A stretch of DNA of 64,000 nt from assembly GCA_017614375.1 (NCBI GenBank), contig JAGABZ010000013.1:12414-76413 (forward strand). Direction: 5' to 3'. The notes below the pieces were generated by a model. It was not told the origin of the DNA. It made no database searches and saw nothing but the letters and a program-made list of their open reading frames with translations. Shown in pieces: positions 36,927-45,818 of this stretch (position 1 is the stretch's first letter; every line of letters starts with the position of its first letter). Made by a program: the position numbers and the translations under genes. Origin of the DNA: Spirochaetales bacterium (GTDB lineage: Bacteria > Spirochaetota > Spirochaetia > Sphaerochaetales > Sphaerochaetaceae).

Positions 36927-37445
36927 GCGAGACGGGAGAATCCCACCGGCACCTGAATCGCAGCAGGCATTGACCCAAATGGTGTTTTTTTTTCAAATCG
37001 CACGAAAAACCACCTCGAAAATGGTGGTTTTTTTTCAAATCTTGAGGAAAACCACCACGAAATTGGTGGTTTTTTTGAAAACTCGGGAAAAACCACCAAT
37101 GAGTAATAGGGAAGAGACCAATCGGCAACGGGGATGGGTCAGGCCTTGCCCGGAATTGTAGAGATAGTCCAGCTTTTTCGGGGAAGGCCGGACCGGCTTC
37201 AGCAGAGATGATTAGACTCAGCGAGACGGGAGAATCCCGCCGACCACTGAATCGCAGCAGGCATTAACTCAAGTGGTGGTTTTTGTCAAATCGCACGAAA
37301 ATCCACCTCGGAAATGGTGGATTTTTTCAAATCGTGAGGAAAACCACCACGAAATTGGTGGATTTTTTGAAAACTCGGGAAAAACCACCAAAGAGCAACA
37401 GGGAGGAGACTGATCGGCAACGGGGATGGGTCAGCCGGGATATTA
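36927..37445. repeat. Two ~220 bp direct repeats (~90% identical, 78 bp apart), each starting with tRNA-3'-end-like sequence and containing three hairpin + T-tract sub-repeats
   Basis: Copy 1 36927-37142, copy 2 37221-37445; sub-repeat 'caaatc..gaaaaaccacc-N7-ggtggttttttt' x3 per copy; both end 'ggcaacggggatgggtcag'. Confidence 0.85.
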
Positions 37446-37449
37446 GGAC

Positions 37450-38061
37450 TCAGCGGTAGTCGTCGACGTCGAACCGGCGGTCGCGGAAGTAGAAGTCGCG
37501 GTCGGCCTGTGTGATGCTGCGCAGAACGCGGCAGGGGTTGCCGACGGCGATTACGTTGGCGGGGATGTCTGATGTCACGACGCTGCCGGCGCCGATGACG
37601 GTGTTGTCACCGATGGTCACGCCGGGGAGGATGCAGACGTTGCCCCCGATCCAGACGTTGTTTCCGATGGTCACGTCGATGCCGTACTCATAGCCGGAGT
37701 TGCGGGTTTCGGGGTGGATCGGGTGGCCGGCGGTGTAGATGGCTACGTTCGGGGCGATCTGGACATTGTCGCCGATACGGACGTGGGCGACGTCGAGGAC
37801 GATGAAGTTGTAGTTGGCAAAGAAGTTGTCGCCTACAGTTATGTTGTATCCGTAGTCGCAGTGGAACGGAGGCTCGATGTGGGGGTCCGCCCCGGCCGCA
37901 CCGAGAATCCCGCGCAGAAGCTCTTCACGCCGGTCCCACTGATTGGGGCTGAGGTGGTTGTATTCGTAAATCCGTCTGCGGTTGTCGGTACGCTCCTCCT
38001 TGAGCCCGTCGAGCCAGGCCTTGTAGGGAAGATTTGCGAGCATTCTCTCTTTTTGCGTCAT
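37450..38061 (-). CDS. maa: maltose/galactoside O-acetyltransferase (hexapeptide-repeat family)
   Basis: Left-handed beta-helix hexapeptide repeats 'IGDNVQIAPNVAIY...IGNNVWIGGNVCILPGVTIGDNTVIGAGSVV'; start at 'MTQKERML' (ORF track extends to 38193). Confidence 0.85.
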   Translation of the reverse strand: MTQKERMLANLPYKAWLDGLKEERTDNRRRIYEYNHLSPNQWDRREELLRGILGAAGADPHIEPPFHCDYGYNITVGDNFFANYNFIVLDVAHVRIGDNVQIAPNVAIYTAGHPIHPETRNSGYEYGIDVTIGNNVWIGGNVCILPGVTIGDNTVIGAGSVVTSDIPANVIAVGNPCRVLRSITQADRDFYFRDRRFDVDDYR

Positions 38062-38174
38062 CGGGAACTCCTCGGAAGTCTTTTCGGGACAACCCGGGAC
38101 AATCATAACACAAATGTCCCGGATGTGGCAGGGCGGCAATTGCACTCTCCCGGGCGGGCAGGTATAGTCAAACC

Positions 38175-38747
38175 ATGTCGGACAATCCTTCAATTACAAT
38201 CCGCAGCGCGGAATTACTGGACGCCGGGCGGCTGCTGGAAATCTACGGGCACTATGTCAGCCGCACCGCCGTGACTTTCGAATACGATATTCCCACGGCA
38301 GAGGAGTTTCTGGCGCGGATGAAGAGGACGATGGCCCGCTATCCCTTTCTGGTCATTCTCCGGGACGGCCAGATTGAGGGGTATTCCTACGCCGGGCCAT
38401 TCTACGGAAGGGCGGCCTACGGCTGGTGCTGCGAGACGAGTGTCTACCTCGCCCCTCAGGCCCGGGGACAGGGTCTGGGTCGCCTGCTGTACGGTGCGCT
38501 GGAGAGCCGGCTGAAGGAAATGGGGATTGTCAGCATGTATGCCTGTATCGCGGTGCCGGAGGTGCCGGATGAGTATCTGACCGGCGACAGCGAGGCTTTT
38601 CACAGGCATCTGGGTTTCACCCGGGCCGGGTATTTCAGGGAGTGCGGCTATAAGTTCGGCCACTGGTACAGCATGGTCTGGATGGAGAAAACCATCGGAA
38701 AGCGCGTATCGCCGCAGCCCCCGGTCAGGGCCGGTCACTCGAACTGA
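38175..38747 (+). CDS. GNAT family N-acetyltransferase (phosphinothricin acetyltransferase-like)
   Basis: 'QARGQGLGRLLYGAL' acetyl-CoA binding motif. Confidence 0.8.
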   Translation: MSDNPSITIRSAELLDAGRLLEIYGHYVSRTAVTFEYDIPTAEEFLARMKRTMARYPFLVILRDGQIEGYSYAGPFYGRAAYGWCCETSVYLAPQARGQGLGRLLYGALESRLKEMGIVSMYACIAVPEVPDEYLTGDSEAFHRHLGFTRAGYFRECGYKFGHWYSMVWMEKTIGKRVSPQPPVRAGHSN

Positions 38748-40504
38748 GAGGAGTAGAGCCGGTAGTAGAAGCCCCGGGCGGCCATCAGTGATTCGTGGGT
38801 GCCCTGCTCCACCACGTCGCCGCCGTCGATGACGAGGATGTTGTCGGCGTTGCGGATTGTCGACAGACGGTGGGCGATGACAAAGCATGTGCGGTCGCTC
38901 ATCAGGGCACGCATGGCCTTTTGGATCTGCATCTCCGTGCCGGTGTCCACGTTGGAGGTGGCCTCGTCCAGAATCAGCATGCTGGTGTCGTACAGCATGG
39001 CCCGGGCTATGGTCAGAAGCTGCTTCTGACCCTTTGAGATGTTGCCTCCGTCCTCGCTGATGACCGTGTTGTAGCCCTCGGGCAGGCGCATTATGTACGG
39101 ATGGATGTGGGCAGCCTTGGCGGCCGCGACCACTTCGTCCATCGTGGCGTTTTCCTTGCCGTAGGCGATGTTCTCGAAGATTGTCCCCCTGAAGACCCAT
39201 GTATCCTGCAGCACCATGGCAAAGGCGCCGCGGAGGCTGCCGCGGGTGTAGTCTCTGATGTCATTTCCGTCGACGCGGATACTGCCGCTTATGGGGTCGT
39301 AGAAGCGCATGAGCAGGCTGATTATCGTCGTCTTGCCCGCCCCTGTCGGACCGACGATGGCGATGAGTTTTCCGCTGTCGGCCTTCATCGACAGGTCGTG
39401 GATGACGATCTTTTCGGGGAGGTAACCGAAGACGACGTGCTCAAGTTCCACATCGCCGCGGGCGTTTTCGAGGACCAGTGCCTGAGGTCTGTCCGCCGGC
39501 TCCTCATCCTGGTCGAGCAGCTCAAAGACGCGCTCCGAGGCGGCCAGGGCGGAGAAGATTTCGTTGAAAATGTTGGAAATCTCGTTGATCGGTCCGGAGA
39601 ACTTGCGCGAATAGAGGATGAACGAGGAGATCTGGCCGAGGCCGACGATGCCGTTCATGTAGAGGACGGCGCCGAACACCCCGATGAGCCCGAGCGAGAT
39701 GTTGTTTATGCAGCCCATCGTCGGCCCGATCGAGATTCCCCAGTAGTCTGCCTCGTAGTAGGCGTCGGCGGCAGTGGAGTTGACCTCGTCAAAGCGCTCT
39801 TCGACCTTGTGCTCGTAGGCATAGGCCTGGATTGTCTTCTGGCCGGAGAGCATCTCCTCCACAAAGCCGTTCATCGCCCCGTAGCACTTCGAACGGCGGG
39901 AGTATTTGGGCTGGGTCTTTTTTCGCATCCTGATTGTGAAGATCACCGAGACGGGAATCGTGACCAGAACCATCAGGGACATCAGCGGGGAGATTCGGAC
40001 CATCATGATCAGAGAGCCGACGACCGAGACGGTACAGGTGAGAATTGCGACGACATCGGTGGCCAGACAGGTGCTGACGACGTCGATGTCGTATGAGACG
40101 CGGCTGATTATGTCGCCGGCTGCGTTGCGGTGATAGAAGCCGACGGGAATCTTCATGAGTTTGGAAAAGACATCGGCGCGCATCCGTTTGGCGATGCCCT
40201 TGCTGACGTACATCATAGTCACGTTGATGCAGATGTTTATAAGTGACGAGGCGGCGTAGCAGAGCAGCATCCGGCGGGCATAGTAGAACACGGCGTCGAA
40301 GTTGACCAATCCTGCGCCGGCGGCGGCCTCGTTGATTGCCGAACCGGCCAGACGCGGCCCCTGGAGGGCCAGAAGGTTGGAACAGAAGCTGAGAACCAGC
40401 ACCAGAAGGATGACGAATCTGAACGGACCCATGTAGGACAGGACCCTGCGCAGGGCCTTTCTGGAATCCTTGGGTTTCTTCATCACTTTCGGAGGTCCGG
40501 GCAT
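38735..40504 (-). CDS. ABC transporter ATP-binding/permease protein
   Basis: 6-TM domain, Walker A 'GPTGAGKTT', signature 'ISKGQKQLL', 'ILDEATSNVD'. Confidence 0.9.
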   Translation of the reverse strand: MPGPPKVMKKPKDSRKALRRVLSYMGPFRFVILLVLVLSFCSNLLALQGPRLAGSAINEAAAGAGLVNFDAVFYYARRMLLCYAASSLINICINVTMMYVSKGIAKRMRADVFSKLMKIPVGFYHRNAAGDIISRVSYDIDVVSTCLATDVVAILTCTVSVVGSLIMMVRISPLMSLMVLVTIPVSVIFTIRMRKKTQPKYSRRSKCYGAMNGFVEEMLSGQKTIQAYAYEHKVEERFDEVNSTAADAYYEADYWGISIGPTMGCINNISLGLIGVFGAVLYMNGIVGLGQISSFILYSRKFSGPINEISNIFNEIFSALAASERVFELLDQDEEPADRPQALVLENARGDVELEHVVFGYLPEKIVIHDLSMKADSGKLIAIVGPTGAGKTTIISLLMRFYDPISGSIRVDGNDIRDYTRGSLRGAFAMVLQDTWVFRGTIFENIAYGKENATMDEVVAAAKAAHIHPYIMRLPEGYNTVISEDGGNISKGQKQLLTIARAMLYDTSMLILDEATSNVDTGTEMQIQKAMRALMSDRTCFVIAHRLSTIRNADNILVIDGGDVVEQGTHESLMAARGFYYRLYSSQFE

Positions 40505-42297
40505 CAGCAGTCCCCCATCTGGATATCGCGGATTTCCCTGTACTGCGGACAGGTCTGAAGCAGTTCGTCATGGCTTCCGTAGCCTATGACGTGCCCCTCG
40601 TCCAGTACGATGATCCGGTCAAGGTTCATTATCGAGCTTATCCGCTGGGCGATGATAATCGTCGTCGTGCCGGCGTAGTTGGTGTTGACCGCTTTCCGCA
40701 GCGAGGCGTCGGTCCGGTAGTCCAGGGCGCTGGAGGAATCGTCCAGGACGAGGATTTCCGGCCTGGCCGCCAGGGCGCGGGAGATGAGGATCCTCTGCTT
40801 CTGACCGCCGCTGAAGTTGGAGCCGTGGATTTCGGCCATGTGCTCAAGCCCGTCGTCGTAATCGCCGATGAAGTCCGTGGCCATCGCGTCTGAGACGGCC
40901 TGCTGCATCCGCTCTCCCGAGACATCTCTTCCGAATGAGATGTTTTCCGAAATGGTGTCCGCAAAGATGACATCATTTTGGAAAACAACTCCGAACTTGC
41001 GCCTGAGGTCATCAAGCTGATAAGTCCTGACATCTTTGCCGTCGATGAACACGTGGCCCGATGTGGCATCGTAGAAGCGCATCATCAGGTTTATCATCGT
41101 GGTCTTTCCGCTGCCGGTGGGGCCGATGATTCCCAGCGAGCCGCCCCGGGGAATGCTGAAGCTGACGCTGTCCAGACTCATCCGGCGCTTTTCCCCGGCG
41201 AAACCGGAACTGTCCTCCGGCTCCGACGGGTCGACATAGCTGAACGAGACATTGTCGAACACCACCGCGTCGGAGGAGCCGGTGGCGGCCGCATCCTCCT
41301 CTGAAACGGCAACGGGCTCGGCCGGGCTGTCCGAGACCGCCTGGATTCTCTTTGCCGAGGCGTTGGCCTTCGAGGCCATCATGAACACCCTGTTTAAGCC
41401 GAGCACACCCATCAGAATCATGTTGAAGTAGGTCAGGAAGGCCAGGATTACTCCGGGCAGTGTCCGGCCGGCGTTTACCCTGTAGGCGCCGACCACAACG
41501 ACCACCGTAAGTCCGAGGTTCAGAGCCAGCGACATGATCGGCCCGGGAAGGGCCATGACGATTCCCGCCTTGCGGTCCCTCCGGGCCAGGGTCTCGTTGG
41601 CCTCGGAGTACCGGCGCCTCTCGTAGTCCTCTTTGGACAAGGCCTTGACGACCTTTATCCCGGTGATGTTTTCCCTCATGATCCGGACGATGCTGTCCAT
41701 CCCCTGCTGGACCTTGTCGTACAGGGGCACCCCGCGGCGTGAGACAAAGACGATGATGGCAATCATTACCGGGGCCATGATGCACAACACGCCGGCCAGG
41801 CCGGTGTCCATCGTCATCGTGACGACAATCCCGCCGAAAAGAAGGATCGGGGCACGGACGACGAGGGTCTGGGAACTCTGGATGAAGCCCTGGACGTTGT
41901 AGGTGTCGCTCGTCATGCGGGAGGTGATCGAGGGCAGGCCGAAGCCGTCCGTCTGGCGGCCGGAGAGGTTTATCGAAGTGTGGAACAAATCGCGCCGGAC
42001 CTCGTAGATGCAGAGTTTGGCGACCTTGACCGCGTTGCGGTTCGCCTTGACGTTCAGAAAGCGGACCGTCAGGGCCAGAAGGAGCATCGCCGTTCCGGAG
42101 AGCAGGACGATGCTGAGGTTCTTCGAAGGAGCGGCGTAGTCGATGATGTACTCAAGGACGTACGGAATGAGCAGCTCTGAAAGGGTCGCGAGAAACTTTA
42201 TGAAGACACCGAAGGCAATCATCCTCCGGTATTTCCTCATGTATCTGAAAATGAACTGCATCCATGCTAGGATAAGGCATCGGCTCCGCCTGTTCAA
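40504..42297 (-). CDS. ABC transporter ATP-binding/permease protein (partner of 38735..40504)
   Basis: Walker A 'GPTGSGKTT', 'FSGGQKQRI', 'LVLDDSSSALD'; 1-nt overlap with partner. Confidence 0.9.
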   Translation of the reverse strand: MNRRSRCLILAWMQFIFRYMRKYRRMIAFGVFIKFLATLSELLIPYVLEYIIDYAAPSKNLSIVLLSGTAMLLLALTVRFLNVKANRNAVKVAKLCIYEVRRDLFHTSINLSGRQTDGFGLPSITSRMTSDTYNVQGFIQSSQTLVVRAPILLFGGIVVTMTMDTGLAGVLCIMAPVMIAIIVFVSRRGVPLYDKVQQGMDSIVRIMRENITGIKVVKALSKEDYERRRYSEANETLARRDRKAGIVMALPGPIMSLALNLGLTVVVVVGAYRVNAGRTLPGVILAFLTYFNMILMGVLGLNRVFMMASKANASAKRIQAVSDSPAEPVAVSEEDAAATGSSDAVVFDNVSFSYVDPSEPEDSSGFAGEKRRMSLDSVSFSIPRGGSLGIIGPTGSGKTTMINLMMRFYDATSGHVFIDGKDVRTYQLDDLRRKFGVVFQNDVIFADTISENISFGRDVSGERMQQAVSDAMATDFIGDYDDGLEHMAEIHGSNFSGGQKQRILISRALAARPEILVLDDSSSALDYRTDASLRKAVNTNYAGTTTIIIAQRISSIMNLDRIIVLDEGHVIGYGSHDELLQTCPQYREIRDIQMGDC

Positions 42298-42311
42298 TCA
42301 TGAAGCCGGTC

Positions 42312-43016
42312 TCAGAAAGCAAAAAACCTCCCGGCCTCCATCATCGACAGGTAGCCCTCGCTGCTGAAAATCAGATGATCCAGGACCCTGATTCCCAGAA
42401 GCTTGCCCGATTTGATCAGCATTTCGGTGACCATCAGATCCTCCTGGCTCGGCTCGAGGTTGCCCGAAGGATGGTTGTGGGCGATTACGATGGCGGTCGC
42501 CCTCAGCCGGAGGGCGTCGGCGAAGACTTCCCTGGGGTGGACGAGCGAGCGGTTGACCAGCCCGACCGAGACGACGTTGACCCCCATTATCTCATGGGCG
42601 CCGTTGAGGAGAACGGAGAGGAAGCTCTCCTGCTCCCGGTCGCCGAAGTGCCGGATGACGTTGAAGATCTCCGACGGGTGGCGGGCTACCTTCTTCACGG
42701 ACACACAGCGGCGGCGCCCGAGTTCCAGACAGGCACAGAGCATGGCGGCCTTGGCAGCCCCGAGGCCCTCGACCCTGAGCAGCTGCTGAGGGTCGGGCTG
42801 GGAACAGCCGCCGAGTCCGTCGAGATAGGCCACGACGCTTCTGGCCACGGAGCGGACATCCCTGCCACGGGTGCCGGAACCCAGGAGGACACAGGCCAGT
42901 TCCTCATCGGACAGAAACTGCGGCCCGAGTTCGAAAAGACGTTCCCTCGGCCGCTCGGACCGGGGAAGCTCGGTAATCGACAATACCTGAGAGTTGTTTG
43001 AGAGATCGTACTTCAT
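42312..43016 (-). CDS. radC: RadC-family JAB/MPN domain protein
   Basis: JAMM motif 'HNHPSGNLEPSQED'. Confidence 0.85.
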   Translation of the reverse strand: MKYDLSNNSQVLSITELPRSERPRERLFELGPQFLSDEELACVLLGSGTRGRDVRSVARSVVAYLDGLGGCSQPDPQQLLRVEGLGAAKAAMLCACLELGRRRCVSVKKVARHPSEIFNVIRHFGDREQESFLSVLLNGAHEIMGVNVVSVGLVNRSLVHPREVFADALRLRATAIVIAHNHPSGNLEPSQEDLMVTEMLIKSGKLLGIRVLDHLIFSSEGYLSMMEAGRFFAF

Positions 43017-43055
43017 GCCCCTATATCGGGGCGGGAAGCCGAATCGCTGAGAAAA

Positions 43056-43637
43056 TCAGTTCAATTCTTCGACGGAATTCTTTGTCTGTTTCTCCCTGAC
43101 CTTTATCGCGATGGTGGAGATGAGGGTCACCAGGCCGCCGGTGATCAGCACAATCCCGGCGACGGTCAGCAAGGTCTGGCCCAGAGCCTGCGGAGAGAGG
43201 ATCAGGATGATGCCCAGCAGCAGGTCGATGAGGAACTCGGTCAACAGATTGTTCGAACTGACGTTGAGCGCCAGCAGGCCGAAGTACATCCTTGCGGCGA
43301 CAAAGGCGGAGAAGAAGAGGAACACGGCCAGGGCGTAGGAGACGATCGTGCCGATGGTGTCCGCCCAGGCGATGGGGGCTATGACGGCGATGATGCCGAT
43401 GACGATTCCGAGGATGCAGTCCACCGCGTCGAGGACCTTCGCACCGTGGCTGTGGTCGAAGAGGGCCTTGTAGTTGGACCCGGAGAACAGGCGCGAGGCG
43501 CAGTTGCAGACGATGACCAGCCCGCATACGACGATGAGAATCCGGGTGAAGGTCTCATTATGCGATACGGAGAGAATGCCGATGAAAACCATCAGCACGC
43601 CGACGAAAATGCGGAACAGAAAGGTTCTGAGTTTCAT
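43056..43637 (-). CDS. hypothetical polytopic membrane protein (HdeD/DUF308-like)
   Basis: Six hydrophobic helices with repeated GIxxI patterns. Confidence 0.4.
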   Translation of the reverse strand: MKLRTFLFRIFVGVLMVFIGILSVSHNETFTRILIVVCGLVIVCNCASRLFSGSNYKALFDHSHGAKVLDAVDCILGIVIGIIAVIAPIAWADTIGTIVSYALAVFLFFSAFVAARMYFGLLALNVSSNNLLTEFLIDLLLGIILILSPQALGQTLLTVAGIVLITGGLVTLISTIAIKVREKQTKNSVEELN

Positions 43638-43652
43638 ATTTGCTCCAACGGT

Positions 43653-44486
43653 CTAGTTGTTGATTGCCAACAGCTCGACCTCGAATATCAGCAGTGTATT
43701 CGGCTCGATTGCCGACGAACCGGACTCGCCGTAACCGAGTTTCGGGTGGATGAAGAAGCGGAACTTCGAGCCGACCTTCATCAGCTGAAGGCCTTCGGAG
43801 AAACCGGTGATCACGGCGTTGAGGTTGAAGTCGGAGGGGACCTTGCGGTTGTAGGAACTGTCGATGACGCTGCCGTCGAGCAATGTCAGCTCATAGTCGA
43901 CGCGGACGTTGCTGTTCGGACCGGGTTTCTCGCCTGTACCCTCCCTGAGGATCTGGTACTGCAGGCCCGATGCGGTCTCGTACACACCCTGCTGGGTCTT
44001 GTTGATCTTCAGAAAGTCCTCGGCAAGCTTGAGGTTCTCCTGGGCGAGCTTGCGCTGGGCCTCGGCGTTGGCCTCCAGGGTCATCATCTGGTAATCGGTG
44101 AGAATCTGCTGCATCTGCGCGGTGGTGAAGAACATCTCACCGTTCAAAGCGTCGTAGATGCCCTTTCCCCAATAGGCTATGTCCAGATCCGGGTAGGACT
44201 GGAGAATCGACTGGATTACAAGCAGGCCGTAGACATAACTGAACTGACTGTCCAGGTCGGTCGGAGCGGGCAGCGCGGCCATGGCTGCAAGGGCCGACGT
44301 GTCGGCCGCCGAAGCGAGCAGACAGAACCCTGTGCAGAAAATCAAAGCGATGACTAATACTCTTTTCACCGTCTCTCCCTGAGAGCAGTTTTTTACGACC
44401 TTTTGCCCGTCAATCCTAAACCCACAGGGGCCGTTGTGTCTACTTTTTTGTATCCGGGACGCTCCGGGTTGCAAGCAGATTGACAA
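43653..44486 (-). CDS. FKBP-type peptidyl-prolyl cis-trans isomerase (FkpA/Mip-like, secreted)
   Basis: C-terminal FKBP domain '...GFSEGLQLMKVGSKFRFFIHPKLGYG...LIFEVELL'; internal signal peptide suggests true start downstream of 44486. Confidence 0.8.
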   Translation of the reverse strand: MSICLQPGASRIQKSRHNGPCGFRIDGQKVVKNCSQGETVKRVLVIALIFCTGFCLLASAADTSALAAMAALPAPTDLDSQFSYVYGLLVIQSILQSYPDLDIAYWGKGIYDALNGEMFFTTAQMQQILTDYQMMTLEANAEAQRKLAQENLKLAEDFLKINKTQQGVYETASGLQYQILREGTGEKPGPNSNVRVDYELTLLDGSVIDSSYNRKVPSDFNLNAVITGFSEGLQLMKVGSKFRFFIHPKLGYGESGSSAIEPNTLLIFEVELLAINN

Positions 44487-44832
44487 AAACCGACGAAATC
44501 AGGGCGCCCAGGAGAGCTCCGGAGGCGTCCATGACGAAGTCGAGCCACTCCCGGCTTCTTCCGGTGAAGGGCTGGACCAACTCAATCGCCGCGCCGAGGG
44601 CCGAACCCAGAACCAGGGGCAGAAGAATCCTCACCCACAAAGGCCTGGCGGAGCTGAAGAAGCACATCTGCAGGAAAAAGCCGACGGCGATATAGGCCAG
44701 AAAGTGCCCGAGCTTGTCGTTGACCTGCCCCAGACCGGTCGAGGGTACGGTTTTCGAGAGGGAGAGCACAATGACGAGCACGGTGACCACCGACGACATG
44801 ACCAGTCCGATTGTGTTGATCAGTTTGCGCAC
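44440..44832 (-). CDS. VanZ family protein
   Basis: 'NDKLGHFLAYIAVGFFL...ELVQPFTGR...DFVMDASGALLGAL' VanZ signature. Confidence 0.6.
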   Translation of the reverse strand: MRKLINTIGLVMSSVVTVLVIVLSLSKTVPSTGLGQVNDKLGHFLAYIAVGFFLQMCFFSSARPLWVRILLPLVLGSALGAAIELVQPFTGRSREWLDFVMDASGALLGALISSVFVNLLATRSVPDTKK

Positions 44833-45818
44833 AGATCCCCCTGATACGCCCCCTTCTGACGCATCCGCTGCTCCAGCGCCCGCAAAAAGGCGGACTTGTC
44901 CGGAAACTGGCGGGGAGAAGCCAGCCTGTGGGCCGGGGTTTCGCAGATGAGGCGCTCGATTACTATATCAGGACGGAGCCTTCTGAGAAAGAGCACCGTC
45001 GACTGCAGATGCCGCTCAAACGACGGAGCTGTAATCTCCCCTTTGAAATAATCACCCAGCAGGGCAGTCCGGGCGGTGATGTTGAGGTTGTGGATTTTAA
45101 GCGCCGACACCGCAGAGCGGTTGATCGTCTCCACGGTCAGGGCCTGGTCTTCGTCCGTTTCGGTCGGAAAACCGAGAATCACGTGGGCCCCGACCTTCAG
45201 CCCCGAACCGGAGGCCCTGCTCACCGCGTCCTGCCAGCATGAGACGTCATGGCCGCGGTTCATCATCCGAAGCAGCCTGTCACTGGCGCTCTGCAGACCC
45301 AGCTCGACCCAGACCTCATCCACACGGTCACGGTATGAGGCCAGCAGCGCGATTGTCTCATCCGTCAGGCAGTCCGGGCGGGTCGAGACGATCAGCTCGG
45401 TGAAATCCCCGCAATCAAGGGCGGCGTCATACAGCTTTTTCAGATCCTGAACCGGGGCATAGGTATTCGTGAAGGCCTGGAAGTACAGGCTGACGCGGCG
45501 CGAACCGTACCGGCGCAATATGAAGTCCCTGCCCTTCTCAATCTGCTTTTCGATTGCCCCGATCCGCTCCCTCAGCGGGAGCCGGCTCCTGCCGCAGTCA
45601 CCCTGCCCGATTGTTTCCTCAAACGGGCTTGAGCGCCTGAACGAGCTTTCCGAGGTCCTCAGCCAGGCGGCGCTGGCTCCGAGGGCATCGCAGTAGACGC
45701 AGCCCCCGTTTCCGTTTTCGCGGTTGGGGCAGGAAAAGCCTCCGTCGATCCCGATTCTGTAGACAGGTTCCCCGTAAAGCGAGACGAGGTGCTCCTTGTA
45801 TGAGTTCCAGGGCGGCAT
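44820..45818 (-). CDS. radical SAM protein, TIGR01212 (YhcC-like) family
   Basis: 'GGFSCPNRENGNGGCVYCD' cluster motif near N-terminus. Confidence 0.8.
   Translation of the reverse strand: MPPWNSYKEHLVSLYGEPVYRIGIDGGFSCPNRENGNGGCVYCDALGASAAWLRTSESSFRRSSPFEETIGQGDCGRSRLPLRERIGAIEKQIEKGRDFILRRYGSRRVSLYFQAFTNTYAPVQDLKKLYDAALDCGDFTELIVSTRPDCLTDETIALLASYRDRVDEVWVELGLQSASDRLLRMMNRGHDVSCWQDAVSRASGSGLKVGAHVILGFPTETDEDQALTVETINRSAVSALKIHNLNITARTALLGDYFKGEITAPSFERHLQSTVLFLRRLRPDIVIERLICETPAHRLASPRQFPDKSAFLRALEQRMRQKGAYQGDLCAN

Noticed and set aside
36838-37161. 107 aa ORF overlapping the tRNA-Arg 3' end and the tandem repeat
   Set aside because: It runs through a tRNA gene, a terminator hairpin and repetitive T-tracts; the translation 'MVFFFQIARKTT...' just mirrors the sub-repeats.
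38214-40096. 328-331 aa ORFs antisense to, or out of frame with, the ABC transporter pair
   Set aside because: His/Arg/Gly/Asp-rich shadow ORFs within strongly supported ABC genes.
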